The notes under the pieces were generated by a model that ran no database searches, was not told where the DNA came from, and saw nothing but the letters and a program-made list of their open reading frames with translations. This document shows, piece after piece, positions 1 through 11,313 of a stretch of DNA of 45,827 nucleotides (position 1 is the stretch's first letter; each line of letters opens with the position of its first letter). The stretch is from Beijerinckiaceae bacterium. Lineage in GTDB: Bacteria > Pseudomonadota > Alphaproteobacteria > Rhizobiales > Beijerinckiaceae. Location of the stretch: the NCBI GenBank assembly GCA_018882635.1, contig VERN01000001.1, positions 1-45,827 of the forward strand, written 5' to 3'. Position numbers and translations under genes: made by a program.

Positions 1-408
1 CTGCCCTTCATCACCGCTATTTCGCGTGATGTGTTTGCCACCGTGCCGCCCGTTCTCAAGGAGGCCGCCTATGGTGTGGGCTGCACGACATGGGAAGTGG
101 TCCGTAATGTCGTCATTCCCTATACGCGTGTTGGCCTGATCGGCGGCGTGATGCTGGCGCTTGGGCGCGCGTTGGGTGAGACGATGGCCGTGACGTTTGT
201 TGTCGGCAATTCATTCCGCCTGCCGCAATCAATCTTTTCGCCGGGCACAACGATTTCGGCAGCAATCGCTAGCGAATTCGCCGAGAGTTCAGATTTGCAT
301 CAATCGGCGCTGATCCTGCTCGGTTTGCTGTTGTTCGTTTTGACGTTCTGCGTTCTTGCCATTGCACGCCTGATGCTGGCGCGCCTGTCGAAAAAGGCGG
401 GGGCGTAA
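1..408 (+). CDS. pstC: Phosphate ABC transporter permease PstC (5'-truncated by window edge)
   Basis: Frame is open from base 1 ([16 protein letters not shown]...); EAAYGVG EAA motif and [12 protein letters not shown]; lies directly upstream of pstA-pstB-phoU-phoB. Confidence 0.95.
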   Translation: MPFITAISRDVFATVPPVLKEAAYGVGCTTWEVVRNVVIPYTRVGLIGGVMLALGRALGETMAVTFVVGNSFRLPQSIFSPGTTISAAIASEFAESSDLHQSALILLGLLLFVLTFCVLAIARLMLARLSKKAGA

Positions 409-409
409 C

Positions 410-1267
410 ATGAGCCGTACAGTGTCTCCCCTTTATGCAGGCCGCAAGCGCTTCAACGCCATTGCGATGGCGTTGTGCTATGCGGCCACAGGTTTCGGCC
501 TGATGTGGCTCGCGCTCATTCTGATCAGCCTGTTGATGAATGGCTTGCCTGGCCTAACGCCCGCCATTTTTCTTGAAAGCACGCCACCACCCAATGTGCA
601 GGGTGGCGGGCTTGCGAATGCGATTGTGGGCAGCTTGATGCTGACAATTATTGGTGTGGGGATTGGCGCACCGATCGGCATTTTAGCCGGGACTTATATG
701 GCCGAATATGGTCGCCATTCGCGGGTGACATCGATCATTCGGTTCATCAACGACATTCTCTTATCGGCACCATCGATCATTATCGGCTTGTTCATCTACA
801 CGATCGTTGTTGTGCCGATGGGCCGCTTTTCCGGTATCGCCGGCGCATTGGCGCTTGCGGTGATTGTCATTCCTGTCGTTGTGCGAACAACGGAGGATAT
901 GCTTCTGCTTGTGCCCAATCCTTTGCGTGAAGCCGCATCCGCGCTTGGTATGCCGCGCTCGCTCGTTATCCGGCAAGTTGCGTATCGTGCTGCACGCGCT
1001 GGCATCATCACGGGTGTACTGCTCGCTGTAGCGCGCGTAAGTGGCGAGACTGCACCGCTCCTGTTCACCGTGTTGAGCAATCAGTTCTTCAGCCTCGACA
1101 TTACGCAACCTCTCGCCAACCTGCCCGTGACGATCAACAATTTCATCAATAATCCAGACCCGAATTGGAAGAAGCTGGCCTGGACGGGCGCGCTCATCAT
1201 CACCTTCGCGGTTCTGTCGCTGAATATCGGAGCGCGCGCGCTCTCGAAATCGAGGAATTCGAAATGA
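410..1267 (+). CDS. pstA: Phosphate ABC transporter permease PstA
   Basis: Hydrophobic protein with [18 protein letters not shown] and [13 protein letters not shown] motifs; operon position. Confidence 0.96.
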   Translation: MSRTVSPLYAGRKRFNAIAMALCYAATGFGLMWLALILISLLMNGLPGLTPAIFLESTPPPNVQGGGLANAIVGSLMLTIIGVGIGAPIGILAGTYMAEYGRHSRVTSIIRFINDILLSAPSIIIGLFIYTIVVVPMGRFSGIAGALALAVIVIPVVVRTTEDMLLLVPNPLREAASALGMPRSLVIRQVAYRAARAGIITGVLLAVARVSGETAPLLFTVLSNQFFSLDITQPLANLPVTINNFINNPDPNWKKLAWTGALIITFAVLSLNIGARALSKSRNSK

Positions 1268-2064
1268 GTTTCGCAACAGCCATGCATCATGCATCGTCCG
1301 GAGAGAGCGTGCCGGAGCGGATCACAATCCGCGATTTGAAATTCTATTATGGCGATACGCTCGCGCTCAAAGGCATTCATCTGCCGCTCTATGATCGCAA
1401 GGTGACAGCATTCATCGGTCCATCGGGGTGCGGGAAATCGACGCTGCTCCGCGTCCTCAACCGCATGTATGATCTCTACCCCGGGCAACGTGCTGAAGGT
1501 GAAGTGCTGCTTGATGGTGAAAACATTCTCGAAGCAGGCATTGATCTCAATCTGCTGCGTTCTCGCGTAGGGATGGTATTCCAAAAGCCGACGCCCTTCC
1601 CGATGACAATCTACGACAATATCGCCTTCGGCGTGCGGCTTTATGAGAAGCTCTCGAAGGCCGAGATGGATGTGCGTGTCGAGGAATCGCTGACGAAAGC
1701 GGCCCTCTGGAAAGAGGTGAAGGACAAGCTCAATGCTTCGGGCCTCAGCCTTTCTGGCGGACAGCAGCAACGTTTGTGCATTGCCCGCACGGTGGCCATT
1801 AAGCCGGAAGTGATCTTGTTCGACGAACCATGTTCAGCGCTCGATCCGATCTCCACCGCGAAGATTGAAGAGCTCATCGACGACCTGAAGAACGATTATA
1901 CGATCGCGATCGTCACCCATAACATGCAGCAGGCGGCGCGCGTGTCTGAGCATACGGCCTTCATGTATCTTGGTGAATTGATCGAGTTTAATGCGACTGA
2001 TCGTATTTTTACGACACCGAAAGACCAGCGCACGCAAGATTACATTACTGGCCGGTTTGGCTGA
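1264..2064 (+). CDS. pstB: Phosphate ABC transporter ATP-binding protein PstB
   Basis: Walker [36 protein letters not shown]-terminal YITGRFG. The ATG at 1264 overlaps the pstA stop (ATGA) and is preferred to the ORF-track start at 1165. Confidence 0.97.
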   Translation: MSFATAMHHASSGESVPERITIRDLKFYYGDTLALKGIHLPLYDRKVTAFIGPSGCGKSTLLRVLNRMYDLYPGQRAEGEVLLDGENILEAGIDLNLLRSRVGMVFQKPTPFPMTIYDNIAFGVRLYEKLSKAEMDVRVEESLTKAALWKEVKDKLNASGLSLSGGQQQRLCIARTVAIKPEVILFDEPCSALDPISTAKIEELIDDLKNDYTIAIVTHNMQQAARVSEHTAFMYLGELIEFNATDRIFTTPKDQRTQDYITGRFG

Positions 2065-2080
2065 TCCGAAGGAGAAAACG

Positions 2081-2806
2081 ATGTCTGATCATATTGTCCG
2101 TTCCTTCGATGATGAACTTCTGGCGCTGGGCCGCAGCATTTCGGAAATGGGCGGCATTGCCGAAACCATGTTTGCGAGTTCGGTCGACGCCTTGGTGCGT
2201 TCTGACACACAATTAGCCCAGCGCGTGATCGCAACCGATCAGCGGCTTGATGCGCTGGAGCGCGAAATCGAAGAGAAAGCCATTCTTACGATCGCCAAGC
2301 GTCAGCCAATGGCTGTTGATTTGCGCGCGATCATTTCTTCGATTCGGTTGGCGGCTGATCTTGAACGCGTCGGCGATCTAGCGAAGAATATCGGCAAACG
2401 CGTCGTCGCGATGAATGGCCAATTCGTTCCGCAAAAAATCGTCGGCGGTGTCATACACATGTCGGATCTCGCGCTTGATCGCCTCAAGCGTGTGCTCGAC
2501 GCCTATATGCATCGCGATGTCGAAACGGCGCTCGATGTCTGGAATAATGATGAAGAGATCGATGCTCTTTATAATTCTGTATTCCGAGAGCTGCTGACTT
2601 ATATGATGGAAGATCCGCGTAATATCGGCTTTTGTACGCATCTTTTATTCTGCGCAAAAAATATAGAGCGCATCGGTGACCACGCCACCAATATCGCTGA
2701 GACTATCCATTATCTTGTGACGGGTAAGACGATCACCATCGAACGTCCGCGCAGTAATGCGAGCTATGCGCCGCTCGAAATTGGCGAAATACCGAAGGAT
2801 GATTGA
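2081..2806 (+). CDS. phoU: Phosphate signalling protein PhoU
   Basis: QPMAVDLR, DLERVGDLAKNI and NIERIGDHATNIAE repeats; AAGGAG Shine-Dalgarno before the ATG at 2081. Confidence 0.96.
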   Translation: MSDHIVRSFDDELLALGRSISEMGGIAETMFASSVDALVRSDTQLAQRVIATDQRLDALEREIEEKAILTIAKRQPMAVDLRAIISSIRLAADLERVGDLAKNIGKRVVAMNGQFVPQKIVGGVIHMSDLALDRLKRVLDAYMHRDVETALDVWNNDEEIDALYNSVFRELLTYMMEDPRNIGFCTHLLFCAKNIERIGDHATNIAETIHYLVTGKTITIERPRSNASYAPLEIGEIPKDD

Positions 2807-3507
2807 TGAGCACGCCGCGCATCCTGATTGTTGAAGACGAGGAAGCCTTGGCGCTTCTTCTGCGCTACAATTTGGAAGCGGAAGGCTATGCGGTGACGCA
2901 TGCCGCGCGCGGCGATGATGCTGAATTGCTCTTACGGGAAGATTTGCCTGATCTCGTATTGCTTGATTGGATGATGCCCGGCCTCTCCGGTATCGAACTC
3001 TGTCGCCGCTTGCGGGGACGCGCAGAAACGAAACACCTTCCGATCATCATGCTGACCGCGCGGGGCGAAGAATCCGAGCGCGTGAGGGGGCTCGCAACCG
3101 GTGCTGATGATTATGTCGTCAAGCCGTTCTCGGTGCCCGAACTGCTCGCGCGTGTGCGCGCTTTGATGCGGCGCGCAGCACCGGAGCGGGTGGCCGATCT
3201 GCTTGAGCTGGGTGAGATCGTTCTTGATCGGCGGGCCAAGCGCGTGCATCGCGCAGAGCGCGAACTCCATCTCGGCCCCACGGAATTTCGCATGCTCGAA
3301 TTTTTGATGGAGCGAAAGGGGCGCGTCTTCTCCCGCGGACAGTTATTAGATGCCGTGTGGGGGCAAGATAGCGAGATTGATGAGCGCACTGTTGATGTGC
3401 ATGTCGGCCGTCTGCGTAAGGCCATCAATGCGGGCCATGAGCGCGATCCCATTCGGACGGTTCGCGGTGCGGGTTATTCGTTCGACGAGACCTTTGCGCG
3501 CAGCTGA
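2806..3507 (+). CDS. phoB: Phosphate regulon response regulator PhoB
   Basis: Receiver domain (VEDE, LLDWMMP, KPFS) plus OmpR-type winged helix (RTVDVHVGRLRK, IRTVRGAGY); follows phoU with overlapping stop/start (TGATG). Confidence 0.95.
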   Translation: MSTPRILIVEDEEALALLLRYNLEAEGYAVTHAARGDDAELLLREDLPDLVLLDWMMPGLSGIELCRRLRGRAETKHLPIIMLTARGEESERVRGLATGADDYVVKPFSVPELLARVRALMRRAAPERVADLLELGEIVLDRRAKRVHRAERELHLGPTEFRMLEFLMERKGRVFSRGQLLDAVWGQDSEIDERTVDVHVGRLRKAINAGHERDPIRTVRGAGYSFDETFARS

Positions 3508-3515
3508 TCGCGCAT

Positions 3516-3542
3516 AAAAAAGCGCGGCTGACGCCGCGCTTG
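3516..3542 (-). terminator. Intrinsic terminator between convergent phoB and gcrA
   Basis: AAGCGCGGC-TGAC-GCCGCGCTT stem with an A-run on the left, giving a U-tract on the minus strand. Confidence 0.75.
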
Positions 3543-3569
3543 ATCAAGACTTCACCGCTATCAGGCCGA

Positions 3570-4079
3570 TCAGGCTTCGCGCTTTTTGCGACGGTCAGCG
3601 GATGGCTGATAGGCAATCCGCGAATGATAGTTGCAATAGGGCGTACCGATCGGCGATTCGGCGCCGCAGAAGCGGAACTCGGCCGCCGTCGGGTCACCAT
3701 AGGGCCAGCGGCACATCGTCTCGCGCAATTCCATGATCGTGACGCGTTCTGACATTGGTACCACCACATCAGGCATCGGATCGGGCTCGATCGATACGAT
3801 CGGTGTGGCAATTGGCATTGTTTTCGGTGCCAGCGCGAGGTTCCCGCGCACCACTGGCCCGTGTGACATGGGATGGCTGGGCGCACGCGTAATCTTGCGC
3901 GGGCGCTGCGCTTGCGGCATCGGCGCTTTGGCACGGCCGGAGAGGCCGAGGCGGTGCACCTTGCCGATCACGGCGTTACGGGTCACGCCATGGCCAAGCT
4001 CAGCCGCGATCTGGCTTGCGCTCAATCCTTGGTTCCAGAGCTTCTGGAGAAGTTCGACGCGCTCATCCGTCCAGGACAT
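3570..4079 (-). CDS. gcrA: Cell-cycle regulator GcrA
   Basis: MSWTDERVELLQKLWNQGLSASQIA...VTRNAVIGKVHRLGL N-terminus and CRWPYGDP...FCG...YCNYH C-terminus; start set at 4079 rather than 4232. Confidence 0.96.
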   Translation of the reverse strand: MSWTDERVELLQKLWNQGLSASQIAAELGHGVTRNAVIGKVHRLGLSGRAKAPMPQAQRPRKITRAPSHPMSHGPVVRGNLALAPKTMPIATPIVSIEPDPMPDVVVPMSERVTIMELRETMCRWPYGDPTAAEFRFCGAESPIGTPYCNYHSRIAYQPSADRRKKREA

Positions 4080-4314
4080 CCGGATCCCCTTGCCTATTCT
4101 CAGACCTTCGGGCCGAATCCGTCTCCGTTCGCGCTCCTGTGAGGGAACGCGGCGCCGCCGTCCTACTTGCGTATGGTCGGTTTGAATCGCACCAGATGTC
4201 GTATTCGACTGAACGGACGCTACAATATGCACGCTGGACGCGGCAAAGGCCGGAACGGTGTTTTCCCCAGCGAAGCGTGGTGCCCAGCAGGCTTTTCAAC
4301 ACCTATTCGCTGCG

Positions 4315-4342
4315 TTGACACCGGGGCGTGCGCTTTTACAAT
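4315..4342 (+). promoter_or_regulatory. Sigma70-type promoter for argD-argF-hslO
   Basis: TTGACA (4315-4320), 16 nt, TACAAT (4337-4342). Confidence 0.65.
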
Positions 4343-4429
4343 GCGTCGGCATCACAAGAGCCGTCCCTGCGGGGCGGCCTTTTGATTTTATGAACCCCAG
4401 TTGCCACTTTTTTCCGAGAGGATAGAGCC

Positions 4430-5653
4430 ATGGTTGGAGCGAGCCCAAAGGCGTCGCCGCTTCTTCCCACCTTCGCACGGCAGGACCTCGCTTTTGAGCG
4501 AGGCGAAGGCGTGTGGCTCATCAACCGAGAAGGCGAGCGTTATCTCGATTTCGGTGCTGGGATCGCCGTCAATGCGCTCGGCCATGCGCATCCGCATCTC
4601 GTCAAGGCACTGACCGATCAGGCACAGAAGGTCTGGCACACTTCGAACCTTTATCAAATCCCGGAAGGTGAGCGTCTGGCGCAACGTTTGGTGGACAACA
4701 CCTTCGCTGACCAAGTGTTCTTCACCAACTCCGGTGCCGAAGCGCTCGAATGCGCCATCAAGATGGCGCGTAAATATCAATATGCGTCAGGCCATCCAGA
4801 GCGCTATCGCATCATCACCTTCGAAGGCGCTTTCCATGGCCGCACACTTGCGACCATCGCGGCAGGCGGGCAGGCCAAATATCTCGAAGGCTTCGGCCCC
4901 AAGGTCGAAGGCTTTGATCAAGTCCCATTCGGCGACCACAAGGCGCTTGAAGCGGCGATCGGCCCAGAAACCGCAGCGATCCTTGTGGAGCCTGTGCAAG
5001 GCGAAGGCGGTGTGCGCCCGGTGCCGCCGCAATGCCTGCGCGGCTTGCGCGAACTCTGCGACAAAAACAGTTTGCTGCTGATTTTTGACGAGGTGCAGAC
5101 CGGCGTTGGCCGTTCGGGCGCGTTCTTTGCTCATCAACGCGCAGGCGTGACGCCTGACATTATGGCTGTCGCAAAGGGTATTGGCGGCGGGTTTCCGCTC
5201 GGCGCTTGCCTCTCCACCTTCGAGGCGGGCAAGGGCATGACGGCCGGCACACATGGCACGACTTATGGCGGCAATCCGCTTGCTATGGCGGTTGGCAATG
5301 CCGTGCTTGATGAAGTGCTGAAGCCTGGCTTTTTGGACCATGTCGAAAAAATCTCGAACCTGATGCGGCAGGGCTTGGCGGCGATCAAGGATCGTCACCC
5401 CTCCGTGATCGAGGATGTGCGCGGTGAAGGGCTGCTCCTTGGTGTGAAGGCCAAAGTGCCGAACACCGATCTCGTGGCCGCTTTGCGCGACCAGAAAATG
5501 CTGACCGTGGGTGCAGGCGATAATGTCGTGCGTCTGCTGCCGCCCTTGATCATTTCGGAAGACGAAGCCCGTGACGGCATGGCGCGTCTTGAAAAGGCCT
5601 GCGCCGCGCTTGAGCAGGCGATGGCGACCGAACGGAAAGGCGCAGCCGAATGA
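4430..5653 (+). CDS. argD: Acetylornithine aminotransferase
   Basis: Class-III PLP aminotransferase motifs [40 protein letters not shown]; coupled to argF. Confidence 0.95.
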   Translation: MVGASPKASPLLPTFARQDLAFERGEGVWLINREGERYLDFGAGIAVNALGHAHPHLVKALTDQAQKVWHTSNLYQIPEGERLAQRLVDNTFADQVFFTNSGAEALECAIKMARKYQYASGHPERYRIITFEGAFHGRTLATIAAGGQAKYLEGFGPKVEGFDQVPFGDHKALEAAIGPETAAILVEPVQGEGGVRPVPPQCLRGLRELCDKNSLLLIFDEVQTGVGRSGAFFAHQRAGVTPDIMAVAKGIGGGFPLGACLSTFEAGKGMTAGTHGTTYGGNPLAMAVGNAVLDEVLKPGFLDHVEKISNLMRQGLAAIKDRHPSVIEDVRGEGLLLGVKAKVPNTDLVAALRDQKMLTVGAGDNVVRLLPPLIISEDEARDGMARLEKACAALEQAMATERKGAAE

Positions 5654-6567
5654 GCCCGAAGCATTTTCTCGACCTCACCGATTTCAATGCAGCCGAGGTG
5701 CGGACCATTCTCGACAAGGCCAAGGCGATCAAGGCGGCCCGCGTAAAAGGCACGCTTGCGAAAGACCGGCCATTGGTTGGCAAGACGCTGGCCATGATCT
5801 TCGACAAGCCGTCGACGCGCACGCGCGTCTCCTTCGATGTTGGGATGCGCGAACTTGGTGGTGAGACCATCATGTTGACGGGCGCAGAAATGCAGCTCGG
5901 TCGTGGCGAAACGATTGGCGACACGGCACGCGTTCTCTCGCGCTATGTCGACGCCATCATGATCCGTATGCTTGATCATGATGCGGTGAAGGAGCTCGCT
6001 GAATTCGCCACGGTGCCCGTCATCAACGGGCTCACCAAGGATTCCCATCCCTGCCAGATCATGGCGGATGTGATGACGTTCGAGGAACATCGCGGGCCGA
6101 TCACCGGCAAGACCGTGGCGTGGACAGGCGACAGCAACAATGTGCTCGCCTCTTGGATTCACGCCGCTGCAAAACTCGATTTCCGCCTCAAGATTGCGAC
6201 GCCGGAAGAATTATCTCCGGCGGCTGGGCAGCTCGCTTGGGCGCGTCGTGAAGGTGCGCGCGTATCCCTCACCCATGACCCCTTCGATGCTGTTGAAGGT
6301 GCCGATGCGGTTGTGACGGATTGTTGGGTTTCGATGGGCGATGAAGATGCTGGCAAGCGCCACAATCTGCTTGCGCCTTATCAGGTCAATGGCAAGCTCA
6401 TGCGCCATGCCAACAAGAATGCGATTTTCATGCATTGCCTCCCCGCCCATCGCGGCGAGGAAGTCACTGATGAAGTGATGGATGGGCCGCAATCAGTCGT
6501 GTTCGACGAGGCTGAGAATCGGCTCCATGCCCAAAAAGGCGTGCTGGCATGGGCGCTTGGCGCGTAA
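5650..6567 (+). CDS. argF: Ornithine carbamoyltransferase
   Basis: STRT, HPCQ, WVSMG, FMHCLP and EAENRLH motifs. Confidence 0.97.
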   Translation: MSPKHFLDLTDFNAAEVRTILDKAKAIKAARVKGTLAKDRPLVGKTLAMIFDKPSTRTRVSFDVGMRELGGETIMLTGAEMQLGRGETIGDTARVLSRYVDAIMIRMLDHDAVKELAEFATVPVINGLTKDSHPCQIMADVMTFEEHRGPITGKTVAWTGDSNNVLASWIHAAAKLDFRLKIATPEELSPAAGQLAWARREGARVSLTHDPFDAVEGADAVVTDCWVSMGDEDAGKRHNLLAPYQVNGKLMRHANKNAIFMHCLPAHRGEEVTDEVMDGPQSVVFDEAENRLHAQKGVLAWALGA

Positions 6568-6579
6568 CGGATTTCAATC

Positions 6580-7545
6580 ATGACGCTTGAGCAGGATGAT
6601 CGGGTTCTCCCCTTTGCGGTTGAGGCGCTTGATGTGCGCGGGCGCATTGTGCGGCTTGGCCCTTCCATCGACCGCCTGCTCACGCGCCATGATTATCCCG
6701 AAGCCGTCTCGCATCTGCTTGGTGAAGCGGTTGCGCTGACCATTCTGCTCGGATCTTCCCTGAAGATGGAAGGGCGTTTCCAATTACAGACGCGCACCGA
6801 TGGTGTGGTCGACATGCTTGTCGTTGATTTCGAAGCGCCGGACCGCGTGCGGGCTTATGCCCGTTTTGATGCGGAGCGCATTGCTGCACTGCATGCCAAT
6901 GAGCGCAAACCGGCGGCGCTGCTCGGTAAGGGGCATCTCGGTTTTACGATCGACCAAGGGCCCGACATGTCACGCTATCAAGGTGTTGTCGCGCTTGATG
7001 GCCAAGGGCTTGAAGCGGCCGCGCACCAATATTTCCAACAATCGGAGCAGATCCCGACGCGCGTTCGACTCGCTGTGGGGGAAACCTTTGTCGGTGAAGG
7101 CGGCACATCGCGTCATCATTGGCGCGCTGGCGGATTGATTGTGCAATTCCTGCCGACTTCGCCTGAACGCCAACGCTTGGCCGATCTACCGCCCGGCGAT
7201 GCGCCGGAAGGCGCGCAGATTATGGCACAGCAGGAAGACGACGCGTGGACCGAAGCGCGCTCACTTGTCGAGACGGTCGAAAATCACGAGCTCGTCGACC
7301 CAAATCTCTCGAGCGAAGACCTGCTCTATCGGCTGTTTCATGAGCGCGGCGTGCGCGTGTTTGAACATCAGGCCGTGCATGAGCAATGCCGCTGCTCACG
7401 CGACCGCATTCTCTCCATGCTGAAAAGTTTTTCCGACGAAGAACGTCAATCAATGGTCGGCGATGATGGCCGCGTCGGCATCACGTGTGAATTCTGTTCG
7501 ACACGCTATTTCGTCGAGCCGGGCGATATTGGGGTTGGCGAGTAA
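6580..7545 (+). CDS. hslO: Redox-regulated chaperone Hsp33
   Basis: RGRIVRL N-terminus, YFQQSEQIPT, and C-terminal zinc ligands CRCS...CEFC. Confidence 0.93.
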   Translation: MTLEQDDRVLPFAVEALDVRGRIVRLGPSIDRLLTRHDYPEAVSHLLGEAVALTILLGSSLKMEGRFQLQTRTDGVVDMLVVDFEAPDRVRAYARFDAERIAALHANERKPAALLGKGHLGFTIDQGPDMSRYQGVVALDGQGLEAAAHQYFQQSEQIPTRVRLAVGETFVGEGGTSRHHWRAGGLIVQFLPTSPERQRLADLPPGDAPEGAQIMAQQEDDAWTEARSLVETVENHELVDPNLSSEDLLYRLFHERGVRVFEHQAVHEQCRCSRDRILSMLKSFSDEERQSMVGDDGRVGITCEFCSTRYFVEPGDIGVGE

Positions 7546-7554
7546 ACACTCGCC

Positions 7555-8754
7555 TCACACACCCCAGCTCCAAAAATCCTGTTTTTCCTTGTCGTAGAAT
7601 TTCGATAGCACCATGCGGTGCACTTCGGTCGCGCCATCGACGAGGCGTGCCTGCCTCGCATAACGATAGATCCATTCGAGGATCGTATCCTTCGAATAGC
7701 CGCGCGCGCCATTGATCTGGATGGCAATATCAGCGGCTTTATGAAGTGTGTCGGCGACATGGACTTTCGCCATCGACACTTCCTTGCGCGCGAAATCGCC
7801 TTGATCAAGTTTCCATGCGGCATGCATCACAAGCAGACGCCCGATTTGAATATCGTGCGCCAATTCGCCCATTTTCACTTGGATCGTTTCACGATCGGCC
7901 AAGCGGATACCAAAGCCCGTGCGCTCTGCTGCGTAAGAAGCCGCAATATCCATGCAGCGTTTGGAGAGACCCAGCCAGCGCATACAATGGGTGAGGCGTG
8001 CTGGGCCTAAGCGCACCTGCGTGACCTTCAAGCCATCACCGACCTGACCGAGAATATCCTCGTCAGATACTTCGAGGCCGTCGAATTCCAATTCGCAATG
8101 GCCGCCATGTTCTTCCGGACCCATAATGCCGATACGGCGTACGATGCGCCAACCGGGCTGATCTTTGTGAAACAGAAAGGCCGTCAACCCTTTGCGCGGA
8201 TCATCCGAAGTGCGCGCCATCAAAATAAAATGCGCCGCTTCGCCCGCCCCTGTGATGAACCATTTGCGGCCTTTGATGACCCATGTGTCGCCTTTGCGTT
8301 CAGCGCGTGTCAGCGTCATACCGGGATCGGACCCGGCACCCGGCATCGGCTCTGTCATCGCGAAGGATGAGCGCACATCGCCACGCACGAGGGGATGAAG
8401 CCAGCGTTCTTTCTGCGCGGGCGTGCCGAGTTTGGCCAGCACGTTCATATTGCCATCATCAGGTGCTGCGCAATTAATGGCGACAGGACCAAACAAGCCA
8501 TAATTCGCTTCTTCATAAAGCGCAGCCCAACCGATGACAGGCAGGCCCATGCCGCCATCGCTGCGCGGTGCTTGCGGTGCCCATAGGCCAGCCGCTTTTG
8601 CTTTGGTGCGCAAAGTGGCCAGCCGATCGAGGCGAATATTTTCGTGATCGTCCCAAACGGTCGGATCGCTTTCGAGCGGGATGACTTCATGGGCGACGAA
8701 GTCGCGGGCCTTCAAGCGGATCGCATCCAGTTCGGGCGGGAGCGTGAAATCCAT
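7555..8754 (-). CDS. Acyl-CoA dehydrogenase
   Basis: FAMTEP...GSD, GRKWFITGA, RLGPARLTHCMR, IQINGARG, RLVDGATEVH. Confidence 0.92.
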   Translation of the reverse strand: MDFTLPPELDAIRLKARDFVAHEVIPLESDPTVWDDHENIRLDRLATLRTKAKAAGLWAPQAPRSDGGMGLPVIGWAALYEEANYGLFGPVAINCAAPDDGNMNVLAKLGTPAQKERWLHPLVRGDVRSSFAMTEPMPGAGSDPGMTLTRAERKGDTWVIKGRKWFITGAGEAAHFILMARTSDDPRKGLTAFLFHKDQPGWRIVRRIGIMGPEEHGGHCELEFDGLEVSDEDILGQVGDGLKVTQVRLGPARLTHCMRWLGLSKRCMDIAASYAAERTGFGIRLADRETIQVKMGELAHDIQIGRLLVMHAAWKLDQGDFARKEVSMAKVHVADTLHKAADIAIQINGARGYSKDTILEWIYRYARQARLVDGATEVHRMVLSKFYDKEKQDFWSWGV

Positions 8755-8763
8755 CGTAGCAAC

Positions 8764-9528
8764 TCACAAAGGTAGGAGGTGGCCGCCATCGGCGGCGAGG
8801 ATGGTGCCCGTCATCAGGCTGCCCGCATCGGACGCAAGCAGCAGCAAAGGCCCATCAAGTTCGTCGATGCGGCCGAAGCGGCGCATCGGAATATTGGCTT
8901 TCATCGCCTCACCTGCCAGCGATTCGAGGTAGCCCCGATTAATGTCCGTGATGATGTAACCGGGTGCCAACGCATTGACGCGGATTTTCTTGGGCGCAAG
9001 CTCAAGGGCCAATGCTTTGGTCAATTGATGGACGGCCGCTTTCGACGTGCAATAGGCGCCCACGCCGCGCGTGACACCAAAGCCAAGAATTGATCCGACG
9101 ACCACAATTGATCCGGGCTTATCGGCGGCAATCAAACGGCGCGCCGCCTCCTGCGCGCAGAACAGGACCGCATCGAGATTGAGCCCCATCACTTTGCGCC
9201 AGCCTTCCTCCGTCTCATCGATGAGTTTGGCAGCAGGCGCGATCCCCGCATTGGCAACGAGGATCTCAACCGTGCCGAAGGCCTGCTCAGCTTGCGCAAA
9301 GGCGTGCGTGATGGCGCCCCGGTCGGTGATGTCCGCCTCAATCGCGACAGCCTTGCCGCCAGCCGCTTGGATGGCGGAGACCTGACTATCGAGCTCAGCC
9401 TTACGGCGGGCCACCAATGCAACTTGCGCCCCATGGGCCGCCAGAGTGTGAGCGAAGCGAGCACCGAGGCCGCCTGAGGCGCCGGTGACGAGGGCCGTGC
9501 GGCCGGTGAGATCAAACAGGTCTGTCAT
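8764..9528 (-). CDS. Short-chain dehydrogenase/reductase (SDR)
   Basis: TGASGGLG Rossmann motif, ANAG, YCTSK catalytic motif, VNALAPGY. Start set at MTDLFDL (9528); the longer ORF-track extension is the antisense shadow of nthA. Confidence 0.92.
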   Translation of the reverse strand: MTDLFDLTGRTALVTGASGGLGARFAHTLAAHGAQVALVARRKAELDSQVSAIQAAGGKAVAIEADITDRGAITHAFAQAEQAFGTVEILVANAGIAPAAKLIDETEEGWRKVMGLNLDAVLFCAQEAARRLIAADKPGSIVVVGSILGFGVTRGVGAYCTSKAAVHQLTKALALELAPKKIRVNALAPGYIITDINRGYLESLAGEAMKANIPMRRFGRIDELDGPLLLLASDAGSLMTGTILAADGGHLLPL

Positions 9529-9614
9529 GCGCCCATAGGAAGGGCGGCTCCGGCCGAGGTCAATGGGCCTTGGATGGAGTTGAAAAGGCAGCGCAGCCCG
9601 TCCATCCTCCTTCC

Positions 9615-10280
9615 ATGACACATCACGACCACGATAACGACCATCATGACCATGGCCATGGCCATCATCACGACCATGATCGCGAGCATTCCGAATTATC
9701 CGAGGTGGCGCTGCGCGTGCGCGCGCTTGAGACCATTCTGACTCAAAAGGGACTGGTCGACGCCGCTGCGCTCGACGCCATTGTCGAGACCTATGAGACG
9801 AAGATCGGGCCACGCAACGGTGCGCGCGTCGTCGCCCGCGCATGGGCGGACCCGGCCTATTTGGCGCGCCTGCGCGATAACGCGACGGCTGCGATTGCCG
9901 AACTTGGATATGGCGGACGGCAGGGCGAGCATATGCAAATCGTCGAGAACACGCCCGACACGCATAATATGGTCGTGTGCACGCTATGCTCTTGCTATCC
10001 GTGGCCTGTGCTGGGCTTGCCGCCGGTCTGGTATAAATCGGCGCCCTATCGCTCGCGCGCGGTTATCGATCCGCGCGGTGTCTTGAAAGATTTCGGCGTG
10101 ACCTTGCCAGAGACAATGCGAATTCGCGTGTGGGATTCGACGGCTGAAATGCGCTACCTCGTTTTACCGATGCGCCCGGCTGGCACGGAAGGGTGGAGCG
10201 AAGAGCAGCTCGCTCATCTTGTTACACGTGACAGCATGATCGGCACGGGATTGCCGCTCACGCCGGGGGCTTCCGCATGA
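9615..10280 (+). CDS. nthA: Cobalt-type nitrile hydratase alpha subunit with His-rich N-terminus
   Basis: Metal-binding VCTLCSCY (Thr/Tyr pattern of Co-type enzymes), [25 protein letters not shown]. Confidence 0.96.
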   Translation: MTHHDHDNDHHDHGHGHHHDHDREHSELSEVALRVRALETILTQKGLVDAAALDAIVETYETKIGPRNGARVVARAWADPAYLARLRDNATAAIAELGYGGRQGEHMQIVENTPDTHNMVVCTLCSCYPWPVLGLPPVWYKSAPYRSRAVIDPRGVLKDFGVTLPETMRIRVWDSTAEMRYLVLPMRPAGTEGWSEEQLAHLVTRDSMIGTGLPLTPGASA

Positions 10281-10942
10281 ATGGCCCGCAAGATCTCGGT
10301 GGCATGATGGGATTTGGCCCCGTTGTGCCAGAAAGAGACGAGCCCATTTTTCATGGTGAATGGGAAAAGCGCGCACTCGCGGTGACGCTCGCTTGCGGGG
10401 CACTTGGACAATGGACACTTGATGAAAGTCGGCATGCGCGCGAGACGATCCCGCCGCCGCACTATTTATCAAAATCCTATTATGACATCTGGATCACGGC
10501 GCTGGAGAAACTTTTACAGCGGCATGGCATGGTCGGCGCTGATGAATTGAAACACGGTGCGGCGCTGCATGCCTCAGCACCCACGCGTAATCCTGCTCTT
10601 ACGGCTGATCGTGTTGCGAGCGCCTTGGCCAAGGGATCGCCGACCGAGCGCGCCTTAGCGACACAGCCTCGGTTTGCAATTGGCGATCACGTGGCAACGA
10701 AAGTGATGCACCCGACAACGCATACGCGCTTGCCACGCTATGCCCGCGGAAAAACGGGAACCGTCAAATTCATTCACGGCGCTCATGTATTTCCCGATAC
10801 ACATGCCCATGACCTCGGCGAGCAGCCCTGTTACTGTTACGGCGTTGAATTTGCGGCGACAGAATTATGGGGTGAAGGCGCTGATCCTACGCTTAGTGTG
10901 ATGGTCGATTGCTGGGAGCCCTATTTGGAGCAGGCTTCATGA
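10277..10942 (+). CDS. nthB: Nitrile hydratase beta subunit
   Basis: [15 protein letters not shown]-terminus, [25 protein letters not shown]; ATGA coupling to nthA. Confidence 0.96.
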   Translation: MNGPQDLGGMMGFGPVVPERDEPIFHGEWEKRALAVTLACGALGQWTLDESRHARETIPPPHYLSKSYYDIWITALEKLLQRHGMVGADELKHGAALHASAPTRNPALTADRVASALAKGSPTERALATQPRFAIGDHVATKVMHPTTHTRLPRYARGKTGTVKFIHGAHVFPDTHAHDLGEQPCYCYGVEFAATELWGEGADPTLSVMVDCWEPYLEQAS

Positions 10943-11310
10943 CGGCGATGCAAGATATTCTTCCCGATCTGCCTTGCGATGCCGAGGGACCCATCTTTGC
11001 AGAACCATGGCAAGCGCAAGCCTTTGCGATGACCGTGGCGCTGCACAAGGCGGGACTCTTCACGTGGCCGGAATGGGCCGACGCGCTGTCACACGCTATC
11101 AAACACGCGCAGGCGGAAGGCGATCCCGACCATGGTGACACGTATTACCATCATTGGCTGAGGGCGCTCGAGAGTTTGATCATTGCGAAGTGTGTCGCGG
11201 ATGAAGCGCTGCTGCATGCACTCCGCGATGCATGGGATCGTGCCGCTGATGCCACGCCGCATGGCCAACCGATCGTGCTCGAAAACGATCCACAGCGCGC
11301 TTTTGTTTGA
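10939..11310 (+). CDS. Nitrile hydratase accessory/activator protein (P14K-like)
   Basis: PIFAEPWQAQAFAM, FTWPEW, YYHHWLRALE, ATPHGQPI; ATGA coupling to nthB. Confidence 0.9.
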   Translation: MTAMQDILPDLPCDAEGPIFAEPWQAQAFAMTVALHKAGLFTWPEWADALSHAIKHAQAEGDPDHGDTYYHHWLRALESLIIAKCVADEALLHALRDAWDRAADATPHGQPIVLENDPQRAFV

Positions 11311-11313
11311 TGA

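Noticed and set aside
1-3507. Pho boxes in the pst-phoU-phoB operon
   Set aside because: The operon promoter is upstream of the window, and I saw no convincing internal CTGTCAT repeat pair.
4080-4232. Extended GcrA N-terminus
   Set aside because: GcrA proteins begin MxWTDER, and a purine-rich SD-like stretch precedes 4079.
9529-9843. 105-aa N-terminal extension of the SDR in the ORF track
   Set aside because: It overlaps nthA on the opposite strand; its DGHGHGHD text is just the reverse reading of the His codons. The SDR fold starts at 9528.
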